From Candidatus Nomurabacteria bacterium (lineage in GTDB: Bacteria; Patescibacteriota; Minisyncoccia; Phycocordibacterales; UBA9973): DNA of 63,608 bases. Both the position numbers and the translations under genes were made by a program. Numbering within the stretch: the stretch's first letter is position 1; each line of letters starts with the position of its first letter. The DNA lies in contig JAPLXQ010000004.1 of NCBI GenBank assembly GCA_026395995.1, positions 1-63,608 of the forward strand, read 5' to 3'. Positions 19,580 through 28,372 of the stretch are shown here, one piece after another. The notes under the pieces are model-generated. The model did no database searches. It was not told the origin of the DNA and was given only the letters and a program-made list of their open reading frames with translations.

Positions 19580-21514
19580 ATGAAAAACACAAAAACATAT
19601 AACTTTATACGTGTCGCGACAATAACTCCGACTTTAAACATCGGTAATGTCTTAGAAAATACAAAGATTTGTATCAAGGCAATTTTAGAAGCAAATAAAA
19701 AGAATAGTAGCTTGATAGTATTACCTGAATTAGCTCTCACTGGCTATACAGCTGGGGATTTATTTCACAATGATACTCTATATAAAAATGTAGAAGAAGC
19801 TTTAGCTTTAATAGGAGAAAAAACAAAAAATATTGAAGCTACAATATTAATCGGCTCCCCTATCCGCACAGTTCATGGAATGATAAATGCCGGAATTGTT
19901 TACAATCGGGGAAAAATAATCGGGGTAATACCAAAACTACATTTACCAAATTATAAAGAATTTTATGAAAAACGTTGGTTTATTTCTGGATATGAATTAC
20001 CAGAGAAAACAATAAAAATAAATGGTGTAAATATACCATGTAATAGTAATATTCTTTTTACTGACAAAAACAATCCTAATATCGTAATGGGAGCAGAAAT
20101 ATGTGAAGATGTTTGGATGCCTATAGCTCCATCTGCTGTTCTAGCATTACAAGGTGCAAATATTTTAGTGAATTTATCAGCTTCAAATGAATTAGTAGGT
20201 AAAGCCGCATACAGAAAAGAATTGGTTTCAATGCAGTCAGCAAAAACTGTCAGTGCTTATATATATGTATCATGTGGAGTTCATGAATCAACTACAGATG
20301 TAGTTTTCAGTGGACACTCACTTATTGCTGAAAACGGTACTATGATAGCTGAATCCCCTAGATTTTCTCGTGAGACAGTTATAACTTATGGTGATATAGA
20401 TGTAGACCACCTTGTAACTGACCGTACTCGTACAAATTCTTTTACTGATAATCAAAAAATAATAGATAAAAAAGAAGTACAAATAGTAGAGACAAATATA
20501 CCTACAATAGAAAAGATAGAATATCGAAATATTAGTCCTACTCCATTTCTACCAGGTGATATAGAAAAGAGAAAACAAGTGACTGATGACATTTTTAATA
20601 TTCAAGTTGCTGGTCTAGCAAAAAGACTAGAAAGTTCCAAAATTAAAAAAGTTGTTTTAGGTTTGTCTGGAGGACTCGATTCAACTTTGACATTTTTAGT
20701 AGCATTAAAAGTTTTTGATTTACTAAAATTACCTAGAAAAAATATTTATACTATCACTATGCCTGGCTTTGGTACTACTAGTGGAACAAAAAACAATGCT
20801 CATGAACTTGCAAAAGTTTCTGGTGTCAATATTGAAGAAATATCTATAATACCGGCTATAGATCAGCATTTCAAAGACTTGGGACATGACGATAAAGTAG
20901 AAAATATTGTTTTTGAAAATAGCCAAGCTAGATATCGTACTATGATTTTATTCGATAAGGCAAACCAAGTCGGTGGACTCGTACTAGGAACTGGGGATTT
21001 ATCTGAAAGTGCTTTGGGTTGGTGTACATTTAACGGTGACCATATTTCAAATTACAATGTTAACTGTAGTATTCCAAAAACATTAGTAAAATATGTAGTA
21101 GAACACGTAGCAGATAATAGTGAAGAAAAAATGAAAACAGTATTGGAAGATATATTGAATACTCCTATCTCTCCTGAACTAACACGTGTAAAAAATGATA
21201 AAGTAACACAGAAGACAGAAGACCTAGTAGGACCATATATTTTACATGACTTCTTTATTTACCATTTTATTCGTTGGGGATCTTCACCTGAAAAGATTTT
21301 TGCAATTGCAAAAATTGCATTCAAGGGTCAATATAATGAAGTCACAATTAAAAAATGGTTAAAAGAATTTATAAATAGATTTTTCAAAAACCAATGGAAG
21401 CGTTCTGTAATGGCTGATGGACCAAAAGTCGGATCTGTCTCATTATCACCTCGTGGAGATTGGCGTATGCCTTCTGATGCTGATGTCACAGAATGGTTGA
21501 AAGAATTAGAATAG
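19580..21514 (+). CDS. nadE: Glutamine-dependent NAD+ synthetase (long form, nitrilase-like plus synthetase domains)
   Basis: 644 aa with a CN-hydrolase N-domain (EICED) and an ATP-PPase motif LGLSGGLDS. Confidence 0.9.
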   Translation: MKNTKTYNFIRVATITPTLNIGNVLENTKICIKAILEANKKNSSLIVLPELALTGYTAGDLFHNDTLYKNVEEALALIGEKTKNIEATILIGSPIRTVHGMINAGIVYNRGKIIGVIPKLHLPNYKEFYEKRWFISGYELPEKTIKINGVNIPCNSNILFTDKNNPNIVMGAEICEDVWMPIAPSAVLALQGANILVNLSASNELVGKAAYRKELVSMQSAKTVSAYIYVSCGVHESTTDVVFSGHSLIAENGTMIAESPRFSRETVITYGDIDVDHLVTDRTRTNSFTDNQKIIDKKEVQIVETNIPTIEKIEYRNISPTPFLPGDIEKRKQVTDDIFNIQVAGLAKRLESSKIKKVVLGLSGGLDSTLTFLVALKVFDLLKLPRKNIYTITMPGFGTTSGTKNNAHELAKVSGVNIEEISIIPAIDQHFKDLGHDDKVENIVFENSQARYRTMILFDKANQVGGLVLGTGDLSESALGWCTFNGDHISNYNVNCSIPKTLVKYVVEHVADNSEEKMKTVLEDILNTPISPELTRVKNDKVTQKTEDLVGPYILHDFFIYHFIRWGSSPEKIFAIAKIAFKGQYNEVTIKKWLKEFINRFFKNQWKRSVMADGPKVGSVSLSPRGDWRMPSDADVTEWLKELE

Positions 21515-21552
21515 ATTAGACAAGCTCACTATAAATAATATAAAATAAACAC

Positions 21553-22212
21553 ATGAATAAAAAATTTTTAGAACCAGATGTAACAGTAGACGTAGTACTC
21601 TTCATGGTAGAAGATGGTGTTTTGAAAGTACTCTTAGTTGAACGCGAACATGAACCGTATAAAGGTATTCACGCATTACCAGGTGGATATTTATTTGAAA
21701 AAGAAACTGCTCGCACTGGTGCAGAGCGTGTACTAGAAGAAAAAGCCGGAGTTAAAAATATTTATATAGAGCAACTATATACTTTTGATACACCAGGACG
21801 TGACCCACGTGGACCAAACTTTTCAATATCATATATCGCACTCGTACACTCACCTATCATGATAAATAAATCACACGATGTTCAAAAACCAGAATGGTTT
21901 CCTGTAAAAAAATTACCAAAACTCGGTTTCGATCACAAAGAAATTATTGAATATGCAGTAGAAAGACTTCGTGGAAAGCTCGAATACACAACTATCGGTT
22001 TTAATGCATTACCAAAACTCTTTACCCTTTCTCAACTTCAACAAGTCTATGAAGTTATCTTAAACAAAAAACTTGATAAAAGAAATTTTAGAAAGAAAAT
22101 GGATCAATTTGGTTTTATTAAAGAAACAAATAAATCCCTAACTGGTATGCGCCAACGTCCAGCCAAGCTTTACTCCCTAGCCGTCAAACCCGGAGAAATC
22201 AAGAATTTTTAA
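21553..22212 (+). CDS. nrtR: NrtR-family Nudix-related transcriptional regulator
   Basis: Partly degenerate Nudix box GGYLFEKETARTGAERVLEEKAGV, plus a C-terminal winged-helix signature FTLSQLQQVYEVILNKKLDKRNFRKKM. The gene sits within an NAD gene cluster. Confidence 0.75.
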   Translation: MNKKFLEPDVTVDVVLFMVEDGVLKVLLVEREHEPYKGIHALPGGYLFEKETARTGAERVLEEKAGVKNIYIEQLYTFDTPGRDPRGPNFSISYIALVHSPIMINKSHDVQKPEWFPVKKLPKLGFDHKEIIEYAVERLRGKLEYTTIGFNALPKLFTLSQLQQVYEVILNKKLDKRNFRKKMDQFGFIKETNKSLTGMRQRPAKLYSLAVKPGEIKNF

Positions 22213-22222
22213 GAAATAAAAA

Positions 22223-22248
22223 AGCCCCAATATTGCTGGGGCTTTTTA
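22223..22248 (+). terminator. Intrinsic terminator after nrtR
   Basis: agcccca-atattgc-tggggct followed by TTTT. Confidence 0.75.
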
Positions 22249-22530
22249 AGTCTAGATCGTCATTTTTCTGGGTCGCTCAACCTAGTATCTATAGGACCGT
22301 AGCCTACTGCGATATAGGGGTATTTTCCGTAAGTAACCGAGCCATAAAAGGCAGCCGCCATTTAAGTTAATCAATACTGACTTAAAAGTATTGAATCTTA
22401 CATACTAATACTCTAGCAGTATATACCCTTATAATATATTTGTCAAGTACTTCACCATATTAACCTTGACTTTTATAGATAAACATGCTAAAGTGCTATA
22501 AAAGCTATATATTATCATAAGTATATGATA

Positions 22531-22549
22531 TAGTGTATATGGTACAATA
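22531..22549. promoter_or_regulatory. Operator TAGTGT-N7-ACAATA (one mismatch) overlapping the extended -10 (TGGTACAAT) of pncB
   Basis: tagtgt atatggt acaata. The -10 TACAAT lies at 22543-22548 and the ATG at 22578. Confidence 0.5.
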
Positions 22550-22577
22550 TGTTAATTAACAATTAAAAACAATAGCG

Positions 22578-23873
22578 ATGAAAAATAACTTTTCAACATT
22601 AGACTTCAAAGCACTCGATCATTCAATGCTTGAAGGGCCAATAGTTACATCTCTCTTAGAGGATGATTTCTATAAATTTTCGATGGGCGGACTATTACAT
22701 GACTTCCCTGAATATGGAGAGCAAGAAATGGAATGGCGTTTCAAATGCCGTACAAAAATTCCTTTAGGTGATTACATTACCGAAAAAGATTTTATGGAAC
22801 AGTATGAACATGTAACAAAATTGCATGCAACTAAAACAGAATTGCATTACTTACGCGGAACAAATGAGTACGATACGCGAATGTTCTCTGAAGGATATTT
22901 GAAACATCTTACTAATCTACAGATTCCAAATGCAAATTTCCACGTTACTAATGAGAAAGATCTCGATATTGCAGTAGCAAAATCATGGAATCATTCAATG
23001 CATGCTGAAATGCCAATACTTAAAATTGTTAATACTCTTTTCTACCGGACACAATTAAAAAAAATGTCTCGTATGGAACGTGAAGCAATTTATGCAGAAG
23101 GTGTGAGACGCTTAGCGGAAACCATAATGAAAATTAAGGCCCATTCAAATGTACGATTCTCTGATTTTGGAAATCGTAGAGCATTCGGACCAGTATGGCA
23201 CGATTATGTTGTAGCTCGTTGTGCAGAAGAACTCGGAGAGCAATTTCTTGGAACTTCCAATGTAGCACTTGCAGCAAAATATGATTTGATGCCAATTGGT
23301 ACTTGTGCTCACGAACTTTCAATGGGAATCACAGCTACTCATTTTGATGGAACTAAAAAATCTATTGAAGATTCATTACTACGATTGGCTAATATGTGGT
23401 GGAACAAATATGGACATGGATTGTCTATTAATCTTCCTGATACCTATGGCACAACATTTACGTTAGGCGTTATGACCGAACAAATGCATAGAGATTGGAA
23501 GGGTAACAGAATTGATTCAAAAGCTCCTACAGTTGCAATCAAAGAACTAATGGCGAAATATGATTCACTCGGTATTGATCCTGCTACAAAAATGGCTATT
23601 CCAAGTGATGGAAACACAGTAGATTCAATGATTGAAGTTGCTGATGCATTCCATAATAAAATGAAAGTTTCATTTGGTTTTGGTACCTGGCTTACTAACA
23701 ATATGGGATTATTACAACTTTCCATAGTTGCAAAACCTTGGAAAATTGGAAAGAAGTATTGTGTGAAAGTTTCAGACAACCGGGCTAAATCAATAGGAGA
23801 AGAAAATGAAAAAGGGTCTTACATTAAAGCTCTTGATAGTAATGAAACTTATTTTTTAGAACCTGTAGTTTAA
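22578..23873 (+). CDS. pncB: Nicotinate phosphoribosyltransferase
   Basis: 431 aa with DDFYKFSMG, FSDFGNRRAF and GTSNVALAAKYDLMPIGTCAHE, as in PncB. Confidence 0.88.
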   Translation: MKNNFSTLDFKALDHSMLEGPIVTSLLEDDFYKFSMGGLLHDFPEYGEQEMEWRFKCRTKIPLGDYITEKDFMEQYEHVTKLHATKTELHYLRGTNEYDTRMFSEGYLKHLTNLQIPNANFHVTNEKDLDIAVAKSWNHSMHAEMPILKIVNTLFYRTQLKKMSRMEREAIYAEGVRRLAETIMKIKAHSNVRFSDFGNRRAFGPVWHDYVVARCAEELGEQFLGTSNVALAAKYDLMPIGTCAHELSMGITATHFDGTKKSIEDSLLRLANMWWNKYGHGLSINLPDTYGTTFTLGVMTEQMHRDWKGNRIDSKAPTVAIKELMAKYDSLGIDPATKMAIPSDGNTVDSMIEVADAFHNKMKVSFGFGTWLTNNMGLLQLSIVAKPWKIGKKYCVKVSDNRAKSIGEENEKGSYIKALDSNETYFLEPVV

Positions 23874-23892
23874 ATAAGAACAACAAAAAGAA

Positions 23893-23921
23893 ACCCGTTA
23901 CAAATATTGTAACGGGTTTTT
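23893..23921. terminator. Bidirectional terminator between convergent pncB and the kinase gene
   Basis: Perfect 10-bp stem acccgttaca / tgtaacgggt flanked by A- and T-runs. Confidence 0.8.
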
Positions 23922-23932
23922 ATTATTTTTAC

Positions 23933-25681
23933 TTACGGATTTAGACTAATAGCCCAAACCTTACTACCTTCTATAGCGACTACACGATTTTCAAAATGTG
24001 CTAATGTAAAGTTCGCATTGATCTTTGCATCTGTCACATCGTTACGTCCACCACTAGTCGGCACTGTGATGAGCAAGCTTCCATCATTTTCGATTTCAGC
24101 ATTTACTCCTTTTGGAAGTGATGTCATGTTTAATTCAGGACTAGCAATATCAGAAATATTTATCTGATAACTTGTATAATCTTTAGAAAAAACAATTTCA
24201 TATTTTTTATACTGCCCTGTTCTATTCTCAAGCACTGAGAGAGTTGCACATCTAGCACCTGCAATCCCCTCTATTACCTTACTCTTATCGAGTTCCGGAA
24301 CATGTACATACTGACACGCACCTTCATTAAAGGGAGTGATTAAATATGTCGTACCCATAGTGTCTTGTACTCCGATACCGTCAAACCATTTAGTAGAATT
24401 CACCAATACTTGCCAAGTATTTTTCGTAACAATGATAGGTTTTGCAAATTGCTTTGCAGTCACTTCAGTGAGGCCTTGATCAGTAATTATGAACAATCGA
24501 TTGTAATATCGTACTATTTTATTCGAATGAAGTATTGTTTCGATTATTTCACTTCTACCATCTTTACTTACCAAAATAAATACTAATTTTCCATCGGAAT
24601 TAATTTCTCCTACCAGGAATCCATATTCAGTATGTATAACTTCACTATGATTCGAAAAACTTTTATCAAACATTCTTCCATTTGCGAGGTTTATCATTTT
24701 TCCAGACCGAAGTCGTACGACACCGCATGTATATACTTGTACAGGTATATCATTCACTCCATCAAATAGTACACTCATATTTAGTTTCCCTGAAGATGTA
24801 ATTATGACAGTTCTATGTATTATTGCAGCTTTTGCAGCAGTAATACTCGTATCATATGGTGATGGTGGTAATGAACGATTTCCTTTTTGAAATACTGATT
24901 CATACCACGCGAACAATGATGCCGGAATGGCATTAAAATCACGCACAGCGCTGTTCAATCTCACTCCTTGTGTAAATACTGATTTATTATCTTTCATCCT
25001 TTCTAATATGTCGTTTGGCTTGTAACCATCCAACACCCCTTTATATGGATGAATACCAGTAAAAACTTGAAATGAAACTACAGCAAACGAAAACCAGTCA
25101 GAACTTTCATTGAATCCATTTGTGTGTAAATCATGAATCGAAGGCATAATAACAGAAGGTTTAAAATGGTCAATAGACCATGAATCCACATCTATCACTC
25201 GTGGCTCGGCGAGTTTCTTTTTTCTTGAAACCAACCAATTCAATTCATTTGCATCAACCAAAATTGCTTTATTATTATGAGCAACATTTATTACAGTACG
25301 CATCCCATCTACAAGAGACAAAACATCTTTATCTGTAAAATTTTCACGGTTGCGATATGCAGTCGTAAAAACTCTAGCCAATGCTTCACCTTGTTCGTAA
25401 TTCATGTAATATCCGATCGGATTTTGATTTTTAAATACCAAACCTTTCGGTGCGACAATAAATGGATGATTAATTTTTTTTAATAAACCAAGCTTTATCG
25501 CCATACCATCCATACTCATTTTTTTTGAATCTGAATATAATTTTATAATCAAATCAGACGATGGTTTATATACAGAACCTTCACCGCCTGTGGCGATATG
25601 GTCTGTCGGACGAAGTGTCAAAACTCCACGTCCTTCGAGCTCAAATGTTTCAGCCCTTGTTAATACTCCTGTGGTGTTCAT
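23933..25681 (-). CDS. Protein kinase-like protein (TerY-P triad kinase) with a large C-terminal beta-rich domain
   Basis: 582 aa with a Gly-loop GGEGSVYKP, a catalytic-loop-like VDANELNWLV and a DFG-like VIDVDSW. Its start overlaps the PP2C stop (TAATG). Confidence 0.7.
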   Translation of the reverse strand: MNTTGVLTRAETFELEGRGVLTLRPTDHIATGGEGSVYKPSSDLIIKLYSDSKKMSMDGMAIKLGLLKKINHPFIVAPKGLVFKNQNPIGYYMNYEQGEALARVFTTAYRNRENFTDKDVLSLVDGMRTVINVAHNNKAILVDANELNWLVSRKKKLAEPRVIDVDSWSIDHFKPSVIMPSIHDLHTNGFNESSDWFSFAVVSFQVFTGIHPYKGVLDGYKPNDILERMKDNKSVFTQGVRLNSAVRDFNAIPASLFAWYESVFQKGNRSLPPSPYDTSITAAKAAIIHRTVIITSSGKLNMSVLFDGVNDIPVQVYTCGVVRLRSGKMINLANGRMFDKSFSNHSEVIHTEYGFLVGEINSDGKLVFILVSKDGRSEIIETILHSNKIVRYYNRLFIITDQGLTEVTAKQFAKPIIVTKNTWQVLVNSTKWFDGIGVQDTMGTTYLITPFNEGACQYVHVPELDKSKVIEGIAGARCATLSVLENRTGQYKKYEIVFSKDYTSYQINISDIASPELNMTSLPKGVNAEIENDGSLLITVPTSGGRNDVTDAKINANFTLAHFENRVVAIEGSKVWAISLNP

Positions 25682-26553
25682 TATATTTCAGTATTAATAG
25701 TGAAATGAATTGCTGCAAGTGCGACATCATCATCAGGATATGTCTCATGCTTGCTATAGTCGAGTAATGCTCGACTGAGTCTACGTTTAACAAATTCTCC
25801 GGTCCAATTTTTGAATGCAGTTAATCGTACTGCAATTTCCAATGGTTTTAGAAAATTTCCATCTTTCTTAAAGCGACCTATACCATCTGAAGTAATACAT
25901 ATCACTTCTAGATTTTCGATCTCTTCAACAGTTAATGAAATAATATATCCTGTGACTGATTGTTGTATGTTGAAAAATATCTCATTCTCAGCTACAGCCC
26001 CATTGATTACATTAATTGTTTCTACAGATAAACTTTTTTCTCCATTTTCTGTATTTATATGGTTGGCAATGAATTGTTCTTTGCGGTTATCTGCCGGATA
26101 ATACGGAGTATTATTTTGCCACTCAGTATTTATCAAACGTATATCGCCATTTTTGAATTTCAATATCGCATGACCATCTCCTAATATGTGAATAAATCCA
26201 CCAGTAGGAGTAACAATAGAATATACACAAGTCGCCAATAAATCTTGATTCGTCAAACCCATTTGCAATACAGTATTTTGTGCGTGCAAAATAAGTGTCT
26301 GATGAATTAAATTTGGAAGAATTGTGATATCTGAAGTTTGAGCTAAACATTCTTTGATCGCAGTAATTGTAGCGCAAGTAATTATGCGGGCACCTATGTC
26401 GGTATGCCTCCCTGATGAACAACCATCTGATACAACCATAAAAAGTGCATCATTTAGTTCTCCACAAAGTGCATGATCCTGACAAGGTGAATTTTGTGTA
26501 ATGTGTTTTTTACCTATCACAAAATGTGAATCGGTATTTCCTTTCTTTTCCAT
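25681..26553 (-). CDS. PP2C-family Ser/Thr phosphatase (PP2C_2 type)
   Basis: 290 aa with CQDHA...FMVVSDGCSSGRHTDIGA and ...ITSDGI metal-binding Asp motifs. Confidence 0.7.
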   Translation of the reverse strand: MEKKGNTDSHFVIGKKHITQNSPCQDHALCGELNDALFMVVSDGCSSGRHTDIGARIITCATITAIKECLAQTSDITILPNLIHQTLILHAQNTVLQMGLTNQDLLATCVYSIVTPTGGFIHILGDGHAILKFKNGDIRLINTEWQNNTPYYPADNRKEQFIANHINTENGEKSLSVETINVINGAVAENEIFFNIQQSVTGYIISLTVEEIENLEVICITSDGIGRFKKDGNFLKPLEIAVRLTAFKNWTGEFVKRRLSRALLDYSKHETYPDDDVALAAIHFTINTEI

Positions 26554-26582
26554 TTTTTAAGTTTTTTAAAGTTAAATTAAAA

Positions 26583-26614
26583 ACAGGCAGCAGATTTTCT
26601 GCTGCCTGTGTACA
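26583..26614 (-). terminator. Strong hairpin plus T-run between the vWA and PP2C genes (internal terminator/attenuator)
   Basis: On the minus strand: acaggcagca-gaaaatc-tgctgcctgt followed by TTTTT. It lies in the 72-nt vWA-PP2C gap. Confidence 0.6.
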
Positions 26615-26625
26615 CTCACAATCTT

Positions 26626-27372
26626 TTAGATAGTAGGTGCGATTTGTTGGGAAGGTCCTCCCGTTCCAAGTGCATGTGACTGGCTACTTACTGATTGACT
26701 AACAAAGTCAGCCAATTTAGCAAGTCTACCTGGTGTCACATCACCTGCATCGATATATTTATTAATACCGACTGATGTCTGCAATGATTCAAGTTGATTC
26801 TTGTATTGAGCAGCATTAATTCCTACCAACAAAACAATATCTGACTCAATGAATTCACCTTTTATTCCGCGTTCAATTTCTTTTTTTACCTGACCTGCTG
26901 TCAATTTAGAATCGTTATCATCACCATCGGTAATAATTACATTAATTCCATTTGACATAAAGTCATTATCAGCTAATTGTTTCGCGTAAGTATTAGTTGA
27001 ACCAATTGCAGAATACATTGCATCCAACAAGTTTGTGTATCCTCCGGGTGAAAATTGTTCATATGCATTAGTATCAATATCCGCAAGCGGCATGAAACCA
27101 TGCAATTCTTTAATTCCACCGGGAAGGTGTGTCGCGAATAAAAATACTCGCACCAGTAAGTTTTCAGAGCGTGGTGATTTTTTACAAGACTCAATCGTTG
27201 TGATCAAGCATTTACGTAAATCACCTACAAAATCTCTAATCGAACCAGTTACATCAATAGCAATATTTACCAGTGTGTACTCGGAAGCACCGAGGTGCTC
27301 CGTACGTACTCCTGAAAATTTTAAATTGCTTCCTGGGATACTATTAGTATCCATACCTAACATTTTTGGCAT
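26626..27372 (-). CDS. von Willebrand factor A domain protein (TerY-like)
   Basis: 248 aa with MIDAS-like IDVTGSI and ...VIITDGDDND. It is preceded by AGGAGG-N9-ATG. Confidence 0.8.
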   Translation of the reverse strand: MPKMLGMDTNSIPGSNLKFSGVRTEHLGASEYTLVNIAIDVTGSIRDFVGDLRKCLITTIESCKKSPRSENLLVRVFLFATHLPGGIKELHGFMPLADIDTNAYEQFSPGGYTNLLDAMYSAIGSTNTYAKQLADNDFMSNGINVIITDGDDNDSKLTAGQVKKEIERGIKGEFIESDIVLLVGINAAQYKNQLESLQTSVGINKYIDAGDVTPGRLAKLADFVSQSVSSQSHALGTGGPSQQIAPTI

Positions 27373-27410
27373 AATTTGTTTCCTCCTATTTTTAAATTTG
27401 TTTATACTAA

Positions 27411-28259
27411 TTAATTAAAAAATGTTGTAGTCGTAGTAACTTCTACTCCGCGTTTCTGAATTTCAGTCAACCATGCTTGCGCAATAGCTGGAAAATCCGG
27501 ACTCGTTGGCTGGTTAGTACCAGGCTCAAAAGATTGCGGTACTGGACTAGTCGCATCGGTCAAGATTTTAATCTTTGCGATATGATCAGCACCAATGTTG
27601 TTCGCGATTTGATCAATGGTTTCTTTTACACAATGACTTAACGCTTCTCCGGCAATAAGGATAATGTCGGCTTTTTGTAATGTTTCAATCAGAATAGTAT
27701 TTAACTGAGTAGAAGGATCTATTCCATCTTCAACTTCAGCTAATAATCCGCCATAGTGTTCAGTAAAAGGGTTTGTTCCTTTCATCACAAAATCAACCAT
27801 TGCATACTCTTTGCGTTGCCACTCAAGTAATGCATTTGAAAGATTTTCCTGAATACCATGACCCCATGTACCAACCAAACAATGTTCAGGCCAGATAAAT
27901 AACATATACTTACCTGTTTTTTCAAGTGCCTCCGCGTATTCCAGTGAACGTTTTAATTGTCCAGGATCACGTGGTGTGTAAATTCCTGCTTTGATATCAG
28001 ATGCTGTAATCAAAGTAAATGGTGCAACCATTTTACCTTGTGCATCTTTCCACCAAGACGGGTGTGCGATGTCAATGATTTGATGAGTATCCAGTGTTAC
28101 GTGAATATCATCCAAACGATGACCATGTTTTTTAATAAAAGTAGCTAAACGATTCATATCTTCGTTTGCTCCAGTTACTGGTAATGCTGACCCTGGAAGA
28201 TCCATAAAGTCTTTTTGTGGGTCGATTACGACCAGATGAATTTTTACATTTTTGTTCAT
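27411..28259 (-). CDS. pncA: Isochorismatase-family hydrolase, probable nicotinamidase
   Basis: VVIDPQKDF (Asp), VMKGT (Lys) and LSHCV (Cys) form the catalytic triad pattern. I prefer the start at MNKNVKIHLVV (28259). The ORF-track start (28376) would put the promoter and operators inside the CDS. Confidence 0.72.
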   Translation of the reverse strand: MNKNVKIHLVVIDPQKDFMDLPGSALPVTGANEDMNRLATFIKKHGHRLDDIHVTLDTHQIIDIAHPSWWKDAQGKMVAPFTLITASDIKAGIYTPRDPGQLKRSLEYAEALEKTGKYMLFIWPEHCLVGTWGHGIQENLSNALLEWQRKEYAMVDFVMKGTNPFTEHYGGLLAEVEDGIDPSTQLNTILIETLQKADIILIAGEALSHCVKETIDQIANNIGADHIAKIKILTDATSPVPQSFEPGTNQPTSPDFPAIAQAWLTEIQKRGVEVTTTTTFFN

Positions 28260-28310
28260 GATTTCTGTTTTTTTATTGGTGAAACTTAATTTAATTTTTA
28301 ACGAACTTAA

Positions 28311-28329
28311 TAGTGTTTTTTCTACACTA
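28311..28329. promoter_or_regulatory. Operator TAGTGT-N7-ACACTA (site A, downstream of the pncA transcription start)
   Basis: tagtgt tttttct acacta, a perfect 6-7-6 palindrome. Confidence 0.6.
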
Positions 28330-28337
28330 TCTTTACT

Positions 28338-28372
28338 TAGTGTTAATATAACACTATTAAAATACAATGCAA
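28338..28372 (-). promoter_or_regulatory. pncA promoter (TTGCAT, 16 nt, TATATT) with operator site B (28338-28356) centred on the -10
   Basis: tagtgt taatata acacta on the plus strand. The minus-strand -10 TATATT lies within the N7 spacer, and the -35 is at 28367-28372. Confidence 0.55.

Noticed and set aside
22250-22375. Confident call of SRP RNA or tRNA in the GC-rich intergenic island
   Set aside because: There is only loose resemblance to the SRP helix 8 motif, with no convincing closing helix and no tRNA cloverleaf or T-loop (GTTCRANYC). It is kept only as a low-confidence finding.
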